Virus record (IMG/VR): IMGVR_UViG_3300031027_000002
DNA from: a virus
Strand: one strand, 5' to 3'
DNA length: 59,026 nucleotides
The translations under genes and the position numbers were made by a program. Shown piece by piece: positions 1-9,033 of this stretch. The notes beneath the pieces are model-generated. The model was not told the origin of the DNA. It saw only the letters and a program-made list of their open reading frames with translations, and ran no database searches. The stretch's first letter is position 1; the number at the start of each line of letters is the position of its first letter.

Positions 1-127
1 AGTCGATAGCGACGAGCCGAAGTTAGCCCCGAACACGTCCACATAGATTCCGCCGCCGCCCTCGCCGCCTGTTGCAGGCCCTGAGAGGTTGTCCTGGTAC
101 ATGCAGACAGGGGCTTGCGCGAACGCC
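1..127. repeat. Terminal direct repeat identical to 58900..59026 (assembly overlap; circular or circularly permuted molecule)
   Basis: Read base by base: agtcgatagcgacgagccg...gcttgcgcgaacgcc occurs at both window ends; unique length about 58,899 bp. Confidence 0.95.
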
Positions 128-167
128 AGAGGCGAACAGAGCAATGCGAAAAGGAATGCAACTACCT

Positions 168-2597
168 TCACGGCTTCACCGCAATCACAATGGCTGCGTA
201 CGGGTCGGTACTTGTTGAATCGGAGGCAGTAGCGATGATTGCAGCCGCAGTGCCCTGGTTGAAGTATTCAGAAACTTTACTAAAGGTCCCGTTTACCAAG
301 GTGAAGGCATTGGGTGCGGTTCCGGCTGTATTGCCGTTCGACCCAGTGGCAAAGAAGGCAACGATCAAATCTCCGTTGGTAACGGGCGTTAGGGACGTGG
401 CGGTTAGGTTGTTCGCTCCTGCTGCCCCGCCAAACGCACTGGCCTTGATCGAATATCCAACTCCAGAACCGCCATCAATGGGGCTCGAAGATGCTGCGCC
501 AACAACCTCAAAGGCAAGTCCGCTAAGAAAGGTTGCCCCCGTTGAACTATGGACTGTTACGACATTAGAGGCCGTTGTGTGAGTGTTTAGTGCATAGAAG
601 CACTCCGATTGGTCGTTGGCCACGGTGAATGCAGCCTGTCCGGGGCCGCAATCAACATAAGTATTTCCTGCCGTATCCGTGGGCACTGTATAAGTCACAT
701 TTGAGCCAGAAAATTCGTGGACGATGATAAGACTGCCAGAGGTTAGCGCTGCGCTAAACGCCGTGAGTGCTGCACTTGTGACCGATGTCGCACCGCCATT
801 CAAAAGCCCAGTGTTAGGAATGGTGAATGAATTAGTGAGGTAATTCTGTGGGGTGCTTTGGACGAAGTACCCGCTGCCTTGGCACGATCCGTACAGCGTC
901 TCTGTAGAACTCACCACGATTCCAGTTCCACCAGCAACCGCCGTGGTCCCCGTTGAAATAAATGGAGAGCCGGTGCTGCAACTCGTCGTTACAGTGGTGC
1001 CGGGGCTGACGACTCCCGCGACAGGAGAGAATACCGGGGTAGCTGCGGACGGAGGCCATGTTAGCCCACCTGCCGAACCGAGAACAGTAAATCCGGTGTA
1101 GGCAACGCCGCCCGAACCTGTAGTGGGGTAGCCGGGGTTAGCACCTATATAGCAGGGGATGCCATTGAAGGACAAACATCCAGTGCTGGACCCACCGATC
1201 AAGAATGAACTGCCTTGCGTCGTATTGTTACCAGTGGCTGACCAGCCCTGCATGGCGGCTGAGGAGCCAGGATATTCGGCAATTAGAGGACTTGTGTATC
1301 CGTTGTTATTCGAAAGGGTGACCGGACCGACTGCTCCATTGTTCGACGGTAAGCCGAATTGCACAGAGGCCGAAACTCCCCCCGACACCGTACATCCGCC
1401 AGTGTCAAGACTGTTTCCCGTGGCGATCCATCCACCCTCCGCACCAGCAGCCGCCGCCTTATAAAAATCCAACACAACCGCGAAACCATAGAGAGTGTTG
1501 TTGCCTATCGAGGTGTGCATACTTGAATCAGAGTGCAGGATTCCACCACAGGGACCAAAGCTCAAGGCTGGAGTCGTGTGCTCAATCGTATTGCTTGTAA
1601 AAACTAAGGTATTGGCCCCTCCGTTCTGATCCACATTGCGAGAGAAGCATTGACCACTTACATTGCCCTGAAACTTATTTCTGGAAAACTCACTGGTCCC
1701 GATCCACGTATCCCATTGAACGGAGTAGTTCGTACAAGTCCCCAACGTGGCGTTCCCAGCGCCTGTATTGTTGAAATTCACATCGTCGATGACATCGATG
1801 TACAACCCCGGCTCAATCTCAAAAATGGCAGTGCCTAGACCAGCACCATTCGTAAACGTACCGCCGCGCCAAGTGAAATCGTGGCAGCCGGTTGAGTAGA
1901 AAGAGCCGCCAGTCGGACAGCCCGTATTTCCACCTTGGATGCAGTTGCCTCCCGTCTGAGCGCAATCAATTGTCGCGAAGGATTGGATGCTAGCGCTTCC
2001 TGCTGTACCGCCTGTTCCCGCTGGGCCAGTGAAGGCCAAGTTGCAACTCGCCAGCTTGTAAGCCTTACCTGAGCCGGAGCCTTCGATATATACGTGCGCT
2101 TCTCCGGGGCCTGCATAGGAATTGATCGCGGTCATGAAGGCCGTGGTAGCCGATCCGCAGTTATCCGTTGAATCGTCGTCTACCCATTGGAGGCAATTGC
2201 TTAGGCCATTGCAAGCTGAGGCGATGTAGAAGATGGAGCTTGTCGGCGTCGGTGTTCCAATGAAAGGAGCGCCCGTCGTGGTCGTATTATAGAGCGGTCC
2301 CGTAGCCAACCCAGACAGCAGCGTGCCGTTGAGTCCCTTCACTGTCGTCGCCCCGCCAGTCGATGTGCTTGTTGCGTCGCCGGTAAGGGCGTTGAAACTT
2401 CCACCGCCACCAGAACCAATTAGCGTCCAAGTTCCACTTTGGCAGGTGTAGAGCGTTCCGAGGGTTACGACCTGTTCATCCGGCAGGTTCTGAGTACAGG
2501 CACCCGATGGGGCCGAGGCGACATTGATGATGCTCGGGTTGCTCACCTGTGCGGCGGCCGGCAGTGCAAACAGAAACGCCAGTAGAACTTTCTTCAT
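168..2597 (-). CDS. Gly/Thr/Ser-rich fibre- or adhesin-like protein (809 aa) with N-terminal Sec-type signal peptide
   Basis: ORF track 168..2606; start moved to ATG 2597 behind AGAGGTGA RBS; N-terminus MKKVLLAFLFALPAAAQ; shares motif GDAxSTSTGGATTVxGL with the 1657-aa protein. Confidence 0.75.
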   Translation of the reverse strand: MKKVLLAFLFALPAAAQVSNPSIINVASAPSGACTQNLPDEQVVTLGTLYTCQSGTWTLIGSGGGGSFNALTGDATSTSTGGATTVKGLNGTLLSGLATGPLYNTTTTGAPFIGTPTPTSSIFYIASACNGLSNCLQWVDDDSTDNCGSATTAFMTAINSYAGPGEAHVYIEGSGSGKAYKLASCNLAFTGPAGTGGTAGSASIQSFATIDCAQTGGNCIQGGNTGCPTGGSFYSTGCHDFTWRGGTFTNGAGLGTAIFEIEPGLYIDVIDDVNFNNTGAGNATLGTCTNYSVQWDTWIGTSEFSRNKFQGNVSGQCFSRNVDQNGGANTLVFTSNTIEHTTPALSFGPCGGILHSDSSMHTSIGNNTLYGFAVVLDFYKAAAAGAEGGWIATGNSLDTGGCTVSGGVSASVQFGLPSNNGAVGPVTLSNNNGYTSPLIAEYPGSSAAMQGWSATGNNTTQGSSFLIGGSSTGCLSFNGIPCYIGANPGYPTTGSGGVAYTGFTVLGSAGGLTWPPSAATPVFSPVAGVVSPGTTVTTSCSTGSPFISTGTTAVAGGTGIVVSSTETLYGSCQGSGYFVQSTPQNYLTNSFTIPNTGLLNGGATSVTSAALTAFSAALTSGSLIIVHEFSGSNVTYTVPTDTAGNTYVDCGPGQAAFTVANDQSECFYALNTHTTASNVVTVHSSTGATFLSGLAFEVVGAASSSPIDGGSGVGYSIKASAFGGAAGANNLTATSLTPVTNGDLIVAFFATGSNGNTAGTAPNAFTLVNGTFSKVSEYFNQGTAAAIIATASDSTSTDPYAAIVIAVKP

Positions 2598-2610
2598 CTC
2601 TCTCACCTCT

Positions 2611-5600
2611 TTAGAAGACAGCCACAGAATAATTTTTGGCGGCGGGAGTCACTGCTGCTATTGCGCAAATGCTCACGGTCACCGTGTTAGCCCCGGTAGC
2701 GGCGGCCGATAGCGTAACGAGCCCATTCGGTAGTGACCCATCTGAAGCGGCAACGGCAACGGGAGATCCAATCGGGAAGTTGCCAGCGCCTACGCCTGTA
2801 ACCGTCGCCGTTCCTGTAACACAGCTTCCGGCCCCCGCTAACAAGCTTCCTCCGATGGACCCCGTGGTGCCGCTTAGGTAAGTGCTAGCAGCAACGAAAG
2901 CCGTCGTGGCAATCTGGTTGTTGTTCGTGCCCAAAGTCGCCGTCGGTGCCGTTGGGGTTCCTGTGAACGTAGGGCTGGAAAGAGGCGCGGCTCCCGGAAC
3001 TTGTGCCAGAGGCAGGTTCCCCGTAACGCCGCCCGGCGCGCTGCTGGCAAGATTCACCACAGAGAAGTTCATTAGCGACGTGAATTCTGATCCCCCGTTG
3101 AGATCTACCTTGAAGAGATGGGATGAGTCTGCGCGAATGGTGTCTACTCCAGCCGCAGCCGTAACCGCAGTTCCCGCTTCCGCGAAGGCTCCGCAGCCTG
3201 ACACTCCAGCGCCGCAGGTCGGAGGAGACGATCCGAGTGCAAGACTCGTCGCCGTCAGCGTTGTGAATGCGCCAGAGTTTGGGGTGGTGCTGCCGATTGT
3301 ACCCGGCGTAGCCCACGGGATGCCGGTGATGCAGTTGGACCATCCTGCTGCCGTTGAAGTTCCGCCGCTAGTGAGACATTGACCTGAAGTTCCGAGGCTT
3401 CCATTGGCCTCATACGCGAAGGCATTGAACGTTTCTGTCCAATTCAGAACCTCTTGACTGAAGAGACTTCCAGTATCAATGAAGCTTAGCGCACCAAAGC
3501 TATCGTCATACTTCACAATGCCGTTGTTCGTTTGACTGTGGTTCTGCATTTCGATCAGGTAGCTTGTGGGAGCGTTTGCCAACTTTAGGGCGTCAAACCA
3601 GAAGCCTGTATCGGCGTCGATCATTGAGAACCCTGGTGCGCCAGAGCTCCCGCTATTTCCAAGTCGGATCATTGCCAACATACGAGAACCACCCGAATCA
3701 GATAACTGCAAGCAGCTACTTGGATTACTACCATCTATCGGCGTCCACTGGCCGCACACCATACGGATGCCTTCGCCTGAGAATTCCGATGTTGGAGCGC
3801 CGACAATATTATCCGCCACAGTGAGGAGCATGTCGTTTGTTCCAAGCGTGGACGTATCCGTTGCGCCATTGCCGGTTCCAGTGGTGATCGCTGCGGAGTA
3901 AATCGTGACTGCCGTTCCCGAGGGGAGAATATTTCCTGTGCTTCCAACGCCGTTGCATGCTCCTGTGCCGCCGCCAACGCAATTTGAGAAAGCTAACTGT
4001 GTGGAGGTAAACGCTCCGTCGATCTTGTAAGCCACCGGCCACCCAGCGGAGACGGCGGCATTGGATACGAACGCCTCGCTGGCGGGTCCGCCCTGCATGA
4101 TACGCGTTGAGTTTCCGTTATTCCACGCGTTGCGCGTGCAGAAGGTAACACTGTCCGTGGTCGACCCCGTAGTAACGGCGGTGATATAGACCTCTTCCTT
4201 GAATGGTCCGGAAAGATTGGCGTCTAGCGATGTTCCTGGTGAAGCGGCAACCACTGGGCAGGAAGTAATACCACCAGAGACCACAAAGTGGTTAGGCGAG
4301 GCCGGAGATACCCCGAGCGTTACTGTGCAGGTAGTAGCAACGTACGCTTGGAAGTGGCCGCTCCCGTTGCCAGTGCAGGAGCTGCCGATGATGTTGCCCC
4401 ACGCGACCGACACGGGAACTGTACCCGCCGTAAGCGCGTAGGACATGCCATTCATCACGCTGCTCTCTGCGCCAAGCGTCACAGAAGAAGTCGCCGCGGT
4501 CGTGTTGATGACGATGTCATCATCTGGGATATTGCTAGCGAGGCGGGGGTTAGTGCAGTTGACGTTGCAATTCAGCGAACCCAACGTGATCGAGTTTGCT
4601 CCGTTCGTCGGCGCAGCGAGAGTAGCTGTCATCAGTAGGCCGCTTGCCGTCGAAGTTGAGAAGGTTCCGGCGCTCGGTACGCCAGAGAAGGCAGCTCCAG
4701 CAAATGAGCCATTGGCGGGGGCGTTCCCTGTCGCCTGATAGTAGTAAATTGTTTGCCCTGCCGCAGCAGTTAGAGATGGAGTCCATGTCTCGACGCAGGG
4801 TGAGCCGCTGGAGCAGGTTAGCGACGGTAAGGATTCAGTCACTGGAGCACCAAGCGTAAACGATCCTAAACCGTTCGGTGTAGCCAGCCCGATATCGATG
4901 GTTTGCGCCGTGGTGTTTGCCGTATAGGTCACAGAGAACGACTGAACCGCTCCCGCTGCTGGGAAGATTACTGGAGCGCCGTTACCCCCTACCCAGATGT
5001 AAGTTAGGCCTGAAGTTGAAGGGCCATGCGCGCCGCTAAGCGTTCCGACCGAAGGCGTTACGAGCGCTCCATTGAACCATGGGCCTTGCAGAAATTGAAA
5101 GGTAGCGCACTGACTTCCTTCGCCAGATGCATCCACAAACCCACCGCTAGCTTCGCAATACATGTAAAGTCCTGCGAAATCTCCGCCAGCGTTTTTCCCG
5201 GCATTGATTAGGAGGCCCTGCATGATGCCGCGAGTCGCTGAATAGGCGTCAATGGTTAGTGCATTTTGTGTAGACCACGCCGGGGGAGTACCACAGGATG
5301 TGCTGTTGTTTCCGCAATTCCAGCCTTGGCCGTAAGAGAACATCGAAATTACATTAGGCTGGACGACACCAATGTTTCCTACTGAGGTCTGCTCGAAGGT
5401 AGTCGTGTCTCCCGGTTGCGTCGTGATGAACTGACTGTCTCCGAGGGGAGGATTATTCTGGACGCACACTCCGAGCGCACAGCCGCCGCCACCACCCGCA
5501 GAGAACACCCAAGCCGTCCCCGTCCAATTCAGGAAACCGGCAGATAGGCTCGGCAACGCATTATTTAGGAGTCCCGTGACTGTGGTAGCTCCGCCTGTCG

Positions 5601-7584
5601 AAGTGCTGATCGCATCGCCTGACAGGGTTACGAAGGTTCCGCTTCCGCAAGATCCCGCCGTCCATGCGCCTGCAGATCCAAATACACAGTCTCCGTTTAC
5701 CGGAGCAAGTCCTGCTGGTGAGCTCGTGGAGTTGGAAATTACCAAGTCACCCGTTGCGGGCCACGTAATCGAACCACCACCACCCGTGCAGCCTACATTC
5801 GTCACCACCGCAGGAGAGCCTGTCGGATAGCAGAGTGGGCTGGTGCTGGGAGTTAGGTAGTTGAGTTCTAGGCCCTGAAATGCGACCGTAGAAATTAGCG
5901 CTGTTCCGCCTCCGGCACCATCGTTGATGCTAAAAGTTATGGTCGGATGACCAGTTGATGTCTCGTTGGTTGATAAGTCCATCCCCGAGAGGCTATACGT
6001 TATACAGTTGACGACATCTTGAGTCGGCAATCCATGACTGTCGCCGCAAATGTAAGGAGTTACGGGCGTTACAGCGACCTCGCCTCCGAGAACCATCCCA
6101 TTGAAAACTTGCACCGCGCCGGGGTCAGGACTTCCGTCTCCCGTCACCGCTAATAGCTGGCCACCCGTGAATGAATCTACGTCGAAAATGGATGAGTTCT
6201 GCCCCGTTACCTCTCCGCTCACTACCAGCGTCGTCTGGTCATTTCCGTCTGTGGGATTCACGTACAGCGGCAGGACTGAGGTCAGTACGCCAAAGTTAGT
6301 ATTGCCGTTGTCGATGGGAGAGTCGCCCAGCGTTGAGGATGTTGCAGCGAGCGGCAGAACTCCCGGTGTCAGGCCAGAGATTCCACCACCCCCCGGCGTA
6401 ACCCAGACTCCTAAGTCGTTGCAAACATCTCCTATGCCCGTCCCCGGCGCGCAGGTAACCATTTGCGACGTGGCGCTGGACTTACTGGTAACAAAACCAC
6501 CTCCACCCGAAACAAAGGTGAAGCCGTTGGGCATGTAAACACCGCCCTCAGCCGCCAATAGAAAAGGCATATAGACAGTGCTGCCAAAAGCTGTTCCGAA
6601 GTTGACGCCGGGGTTGATTCCGTTCAGAAGCCCGCCTTGGCCCGCAGAGGATACTTGAAAGTTCTGCGGAGACGCTGGGCCTGCCGCTTGCGTATAAACT
6701 GCTCCCTCAATATTCGTGTTGATCGGATGAGACACAGCCGTGTATGCATTGCCTCCGCGACGAAGGCTTAACTGATTCAATACAAGTGACGTAGGGGTTA
6801 TCGAATCCCAACAGATAAACTCCACCGCTCCATTCGTCCATCCGCATCCAGTAGAAGGCCAGCCCGTCGTAGAGGCCACAGGAATCGTTAGAGATGTTGG
6901 GGTAATCGCTGCCGTAGTGGTAACCAACACGGTTGCGAAGGTTGGGTTGTTCTGGTCTAGGTTGGCGCACGTAGGCCCGGCACAGAAAGGCGGCAGGGCG
7001 CACCCGGTGCTGCCTAATGGGCAATTTACCCCATTGATGACAGAGAATGGAGTAGCCAGCGTAGCCAGCACATTACTTCCTGAGGGGTTCGCGAAGTTGA
7101 TTTGCCCATTGCCGGTCGAATTGGCGAAGTTCACGGGAGAGGACAACGCAGAGCCACCGTTGACTGTTATTGATGCCCCGCCACCGCCAGAGCCGCCAGC
7201 GCCCGCCAGAAGCCCGGTCAGCGTCACCGGAGAGGTGTAGGTGTTTGGAGTGATGCCGCCGCTCAGCACTACGTCGTAAGCCCCAGATTGCATCGCGTAG
7301 AACAGCCATTGGCCTGTCGTTGGACTTGCCGTAAAGGGGTTGGAGAGTGCTCCACTTGATGGGTTGGCGTAGATCGTCGCAAGCGTGGTGGTTCCCGAAA
7401 GATAAACGGTCACAGTGCACGATCTAACCACCCCTTGCTGGTAGTTGGTGCTTTTTAGACCTGATACGGATGCCTGTTGTGCGCCCTGCTCGCAAAAGCC
7501 GTTGATGGCTCCAGTCTGAGCCGAGGCCACCCCTGTTGCCAAGCCCATCGCCAACGCCGCCAGCAGCCAGAGTAGTTTCCGCAT
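2611..7584 (-). CDS. Very large tail-fibre-like protein (1657 aa) with N-terminal Sec-type signal peptide
   Basis: Uninterrupted 1657-codon ORF; N-terminus MRKLLWLLAALAMGLATGVASA-QTG; C-terminal SSPTFTGTPTAPTATLGTNNNQIATTAFV (2881..2985) is the motif I recognise from many phage tail fibres. Confidence 0.8.
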   Translation of the reverse strand: MRKLLWLLAALAMGLATGVASAQTGAINGFCEQGAQQASVSGLKSTNYQQGVVRSCTVTVYLSGTTTLATIYANPSSGALSNPFTASPTTGQWLFYAMQSGAYDVVLSGGITPNTYTSPVTLTGLLAGAGGSGGGGASITVNGGSALSSPVNFANSTGNGQINFANPSGSNVLATLATPFSVINGVNCPLGSTGCALPPFCAGPTCANLDQNNPTFATVLVTTTAAITPTSLTIPVASTTGWPSTGCGWTNGAVEFICWDSITPTSLVLNQLSLRRGGNAYTAVSHPINTNIEGAVYTQAAGPASPQNFQVSSAGQGGLLNGINPGVNFGTAFGSTVYMPFLLAAEGGVYMPNGFTFVSGGGGFVTSKSSATSQMVTCAPGTGIGDVCNDLGVWVTPGGGGISGLTPGVLPLAATSSTLGDSPIDNGNTNFGVLTSVLPLYVNPTDGNDQTTLVVSGEVTGQNSSIFDVDSFTGGQLLAVTGDGSPDPGAVQVFNGMVLGGEVAVTPVTPYICGDSHGLPTQDVVNCITYSLSGMDLSTNETSTGHPTITFSINDGAGGGTALISTVAFQGLELNYLTPSTSPLCYPTGSPAVVTNVGCTGGGGSITWPATGDLVISNSTSSPAGLAPVNGDCVFGSAGAWTAGSCGSGTFVTLSGDAISTSTGGATTVTGLLNNALPSLSAGFLNWTGTAWVFSAGGGGGCALGVCVQNNPPLGDSQFITTQPGDTTTFEQTSVGNIGVVQPNVISMFSYGQGWNCGNNSTSCGTPPAWSTQNALTIDAYSATRGIMQGLLINAGKNAGGDFAGLYMYCEASGGFVDASGEGSQCATFQFLQGPWFNGALVTPSVGTLSGAHGPSTSGLTYIWVGGNGAPVIFPAAGAVQSFSVTYTANTTAQTIDIGLATPNGLGSFTLGAPVTESLPSLTCSSGSPCVETWTPSLTAAAGQTIYYYQATGNAPANGSFAGAAFSGVPSAGTFSTSTASGLLMTATLAAPTNGANSITLGSLNCNVNCTNPRLASNIPDDDIVINTTAATSSVTLGAESSVMNGMSYALTAGTVPVSVAWGNIIGSSCTGNGSGHFQAYVATTCTVTLGVSPASPNHFVVSGGITSCPVVAASPGTSLDANLSGPFKEEVYITAVTTGSTTDSVTFCTRNAWNNGNSTRIMQGGPASEAFVSNAAVSAGWPVAYKIDGAFTSTQLAFSNCVGGGTGACNGVGSTGNILPSGTAVTIYSAAITTGTGNGATDTSTLGTNDMLLTVADNIVGAPTSEFSGEGIRMVCGQWTPIDGSNPSSCLQLSDSGGSRMLAMIRLGNSGSSGAPGFSMIDADTGFWFDALKLANAPTSYLIEMQNHSQTNNGIVKYDDSFGALSFIDTGSLFSQEVLNWTETFNAFAYEANGSLGTSGQCLTSGGTSTAAGWSNCITGIPWATPGTIGSTTPNSGAFTTLTATSLALGSSPPTCGAGVSGCGAFAEAGTAVTAAAGVDTIRADSSHLFKVDLNGGSEFTSLMNFSVVNLASSAPGGVTGNLPLAQVPGAAPLSSPTFTGTPTAPTATLGTNNNQIATTAFVAASTYLSGTTGSIGGSLLAGAGSCVTGTATVTGVGAGNFPIGSPVAVAASDGSLPNGLVTLSAAATGANTVTVSICAIAAVTPAAKNYSVAVF

Positions 7585-7602
7585 GTTTCCCTCGACGATG
7601 CC

Positions 7603-7649
7603 AAGGCGCTATCGGGACTCGAACGAGGCGATTGCGGGACTCTCTGGGG
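7603..7649. promoter_or_regulatory. Conserved 46-nt element, copy A (partner at 26654..26699)
   Basis: aggcgctatcgg + ~11 variable nt + ggcgaWtgcgggactctMtggg shared with copy B; lies 19-65 nt upstream of the 1657-aa gene start on the minus strand. Confidence 0.5.
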
Positions 7650-7661
7650 AGAGTATACAAT
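7632..7661 (+). promoter_or_regulatory. Candidate sigma70-type promoter TTGCGG-18-TACAAT, 5 nt before ATG 7667 (leaderless geometry)
   Basis: Hexamers read directly; no RBS between -10 and ATG. Confidence 0.35.
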
Positions 7662-7666
7662 GGGCC

Positions 7667-8158
7667 ATGCCCAACGCGAAGAAAAACCCCGACCCCAAGG
7701 TTCCCACCGTCAACGGCGTTCCAATCAACGATCCCCCGGCTCCTACGCCAGCACCCACCCCACCCGAGACTCCCCCATCGCGTCAGCCTTCCGGCGCCGT
7801 AATTGCCCTGCAAGAGCAGATTGTCGGACTCATCACCGCCCGCGACAGGGAAATGGCGAAGGTAGCGCTCTCGCAGGCGAAGGTTAGCCTCTGGCAGGGA
7901 CGACTGCACGCTGCGCAGGCTGCGCTGCAAGGTGATATCACGAATCTCACGCGGCTGGATCAGGAAGTGCAATACCGCATGGGCGTGATTGACCAGCTCG
8001 AGGGCCGCGCTCCATCCGCTCCGCAGTACCCGCAACAGGCGTATCCGATGGCTCCAACAAGCGGTCCCAACCTCGTCACTACCTCCCAGCCGTATCAGGG
8101 CGACGACAGCGACCTCGTGAACCGCGCACACGCAACTAGGGCCTTGGCGGTAATCTAG
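7667..8158 (+). CDS. Pro-rich / coiled-coil hypothetical protein (163 aa), lone plus-strand gene inside the minus-strand block
   Basis: ORF track 7583..8158; internal ATG 7667 chosen; heptad-like ALQEQIVGLITARDREMAKVALSQAKVSLWQGRLHAAQAALQ; the antisense 260-aa ORF looks like junk. Confidence 0.5.
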   Translation: MPNAKKNPDPKVPTVNGVPINDPPAPTPAPTPPETPPSRQPSGAVIALQEQIVGLITARDREMAKVALSQAKVSLWQGRLHAAQAALQGDITNLTRLDQEVQYRMGVIDQLEGRAPSAPQYPQQAYPMAPTSGPNLVTTSQPYQGDDSDLVNRAHATRALAVI

Positions 8159-9032
8159 AGAACCCGAGGGATTCCGATGGCTCAACCCAGTTCGGACACG
8201 CCACACGGAACGGGCAGGGGCGAACGCGATCGTGACATCTACTTAGCTGCGGCTCTGGCCTATCGCCCGAAGAAATCCTCACCAGCTTCCGCTCCGCAAG
8301 GGCCACGACTTCAGTTGCTCGCGGATGCGGCTCAAACTCAAGAACATGAATAGTCTCGGCCAAGACTCCATCGGCACTCATTGCGTCAAGCCACTCTTCG
8401 CGGGTGGCTTTGTCGTCTTCGCGCGCCACGCGGTCCCACGTACCCGAGAAGGAGTCACCATCCCTACGCTCGAATCGGAGCGTCTTCGCCACAGGGTGAC
8501 GCACGCCGACGGTTAGCGGGCTTGACCAGCGGCCCTTGCGCATCGAGCCGATGACGACCACGATTGAGTCCATGGACACGCCGTAGGTTGCCGTCTCGCC
8601 TTGCACGCCCCACGAGTGCTTTAGTTCCGTCTCCCGCCACGCATCCCAGCGATCGACGATAGCCAGATGGCGCAGCTTGCGTCCATCGCGGCTGAGAAAG
8701 GCTCCCGAGTTCCATGAGCCTTTGGCCGGCGGACGCTCCCAAGGGCCATACTCCCCACGCACGATCCAGCAAATCATATCCGCGAGAGCCGCGATATGAG
8801 AAGCCAAGCCAAGCAGGTCAGATTCTGCTGTGTCGATGCCAACGTCGGTACAAAGTCGCATCGCCTCATCGGAAGCCGCGAGGCCCGCATCCTCGGCGGT
8901 GCTGGCGAGGCCAAAGTCTACAGCGGCAACGAGGATCATCTTGGGGGTTATCGAGGATGGTTCCCACTTCTGGAAATAATGGGCTTGACGTCGGCAGAAG
9001 TCATCGCTGGAAAGAATCGCGGCAGAGTTCAC
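8136..9032 (-). CDS. Cas4/RecB-like PD-(D/E)XK nuclease with putative 4-Cys (Fe-S) arrangement
   Basis: GTG 9032 sits 1 nt after the upstream TAA; N-terminal SSDDFCRRQAHYF, core IVD-x10-ELK, QGETATY, C-terminal C-x6-C-x5-C (CHDRVRPCPFRVAC). Confidence 0.5.
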   Translation of the reverse strand: MNSAAILSSDDFCRRQAHYFQKWEPSSITPKMILVAAVDFGLASTAEDAGLAASDEAMRLCTDVGIDTAESDLLGLASHIAALADMICWIVRGEYGPWERPPAKGSWNSGAFLSRDGRKLRHLAIVDRWDAWRETELKHSWGVQGETATYGVSMDSIVVVIGSMRKGRWSSPLTVGVRHPVAKTLRFERRDGDSFSGTWDRVAREDDKATREEWLDAMSADGVLAETIHVLEFEPHPRATEVVALAERKLVRISSGDRPEPQLSRCHDRVRPCPFRVACPNWVEPSESLGFSRLPPRP

Positions 9033-9033
9033 G

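Noticed and set aside
115-582. 155-aa plus-strand ORF at the window start, plus many 60-150-aa ORFs inside 168..7584 on both strands
   Set aside because: All lie inside the two giant uninterrupted minus-strand ORFs. Their composition reflects alternative frames of Gly/Thr/Ser codons.
7609-7626. tRNA-like fragment (gggactcgaac resembles the reverse complement of a T-arm GTTCGAGTCCC)
   Set aside because: The flanking bases cannot form the 5-bp T stem (cctcg/cccga pair at only one position). The partner copy at 26654..26699 lacks the TTCGA loop. No acceptor or anticodon arms could be built.
7424-8206. 260-aa minus-strand ORF overlapping the plus-strand gene 7667..8158
   Set aside because: Arg/Gly/Leu/Ser-rich junk-like sequence that would also overlap the start of the 1657-aa gene. 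The plus-strand frame encodes a clean coiled coil and has a promoter-like sequence. The strand call still has only moderate confidence.
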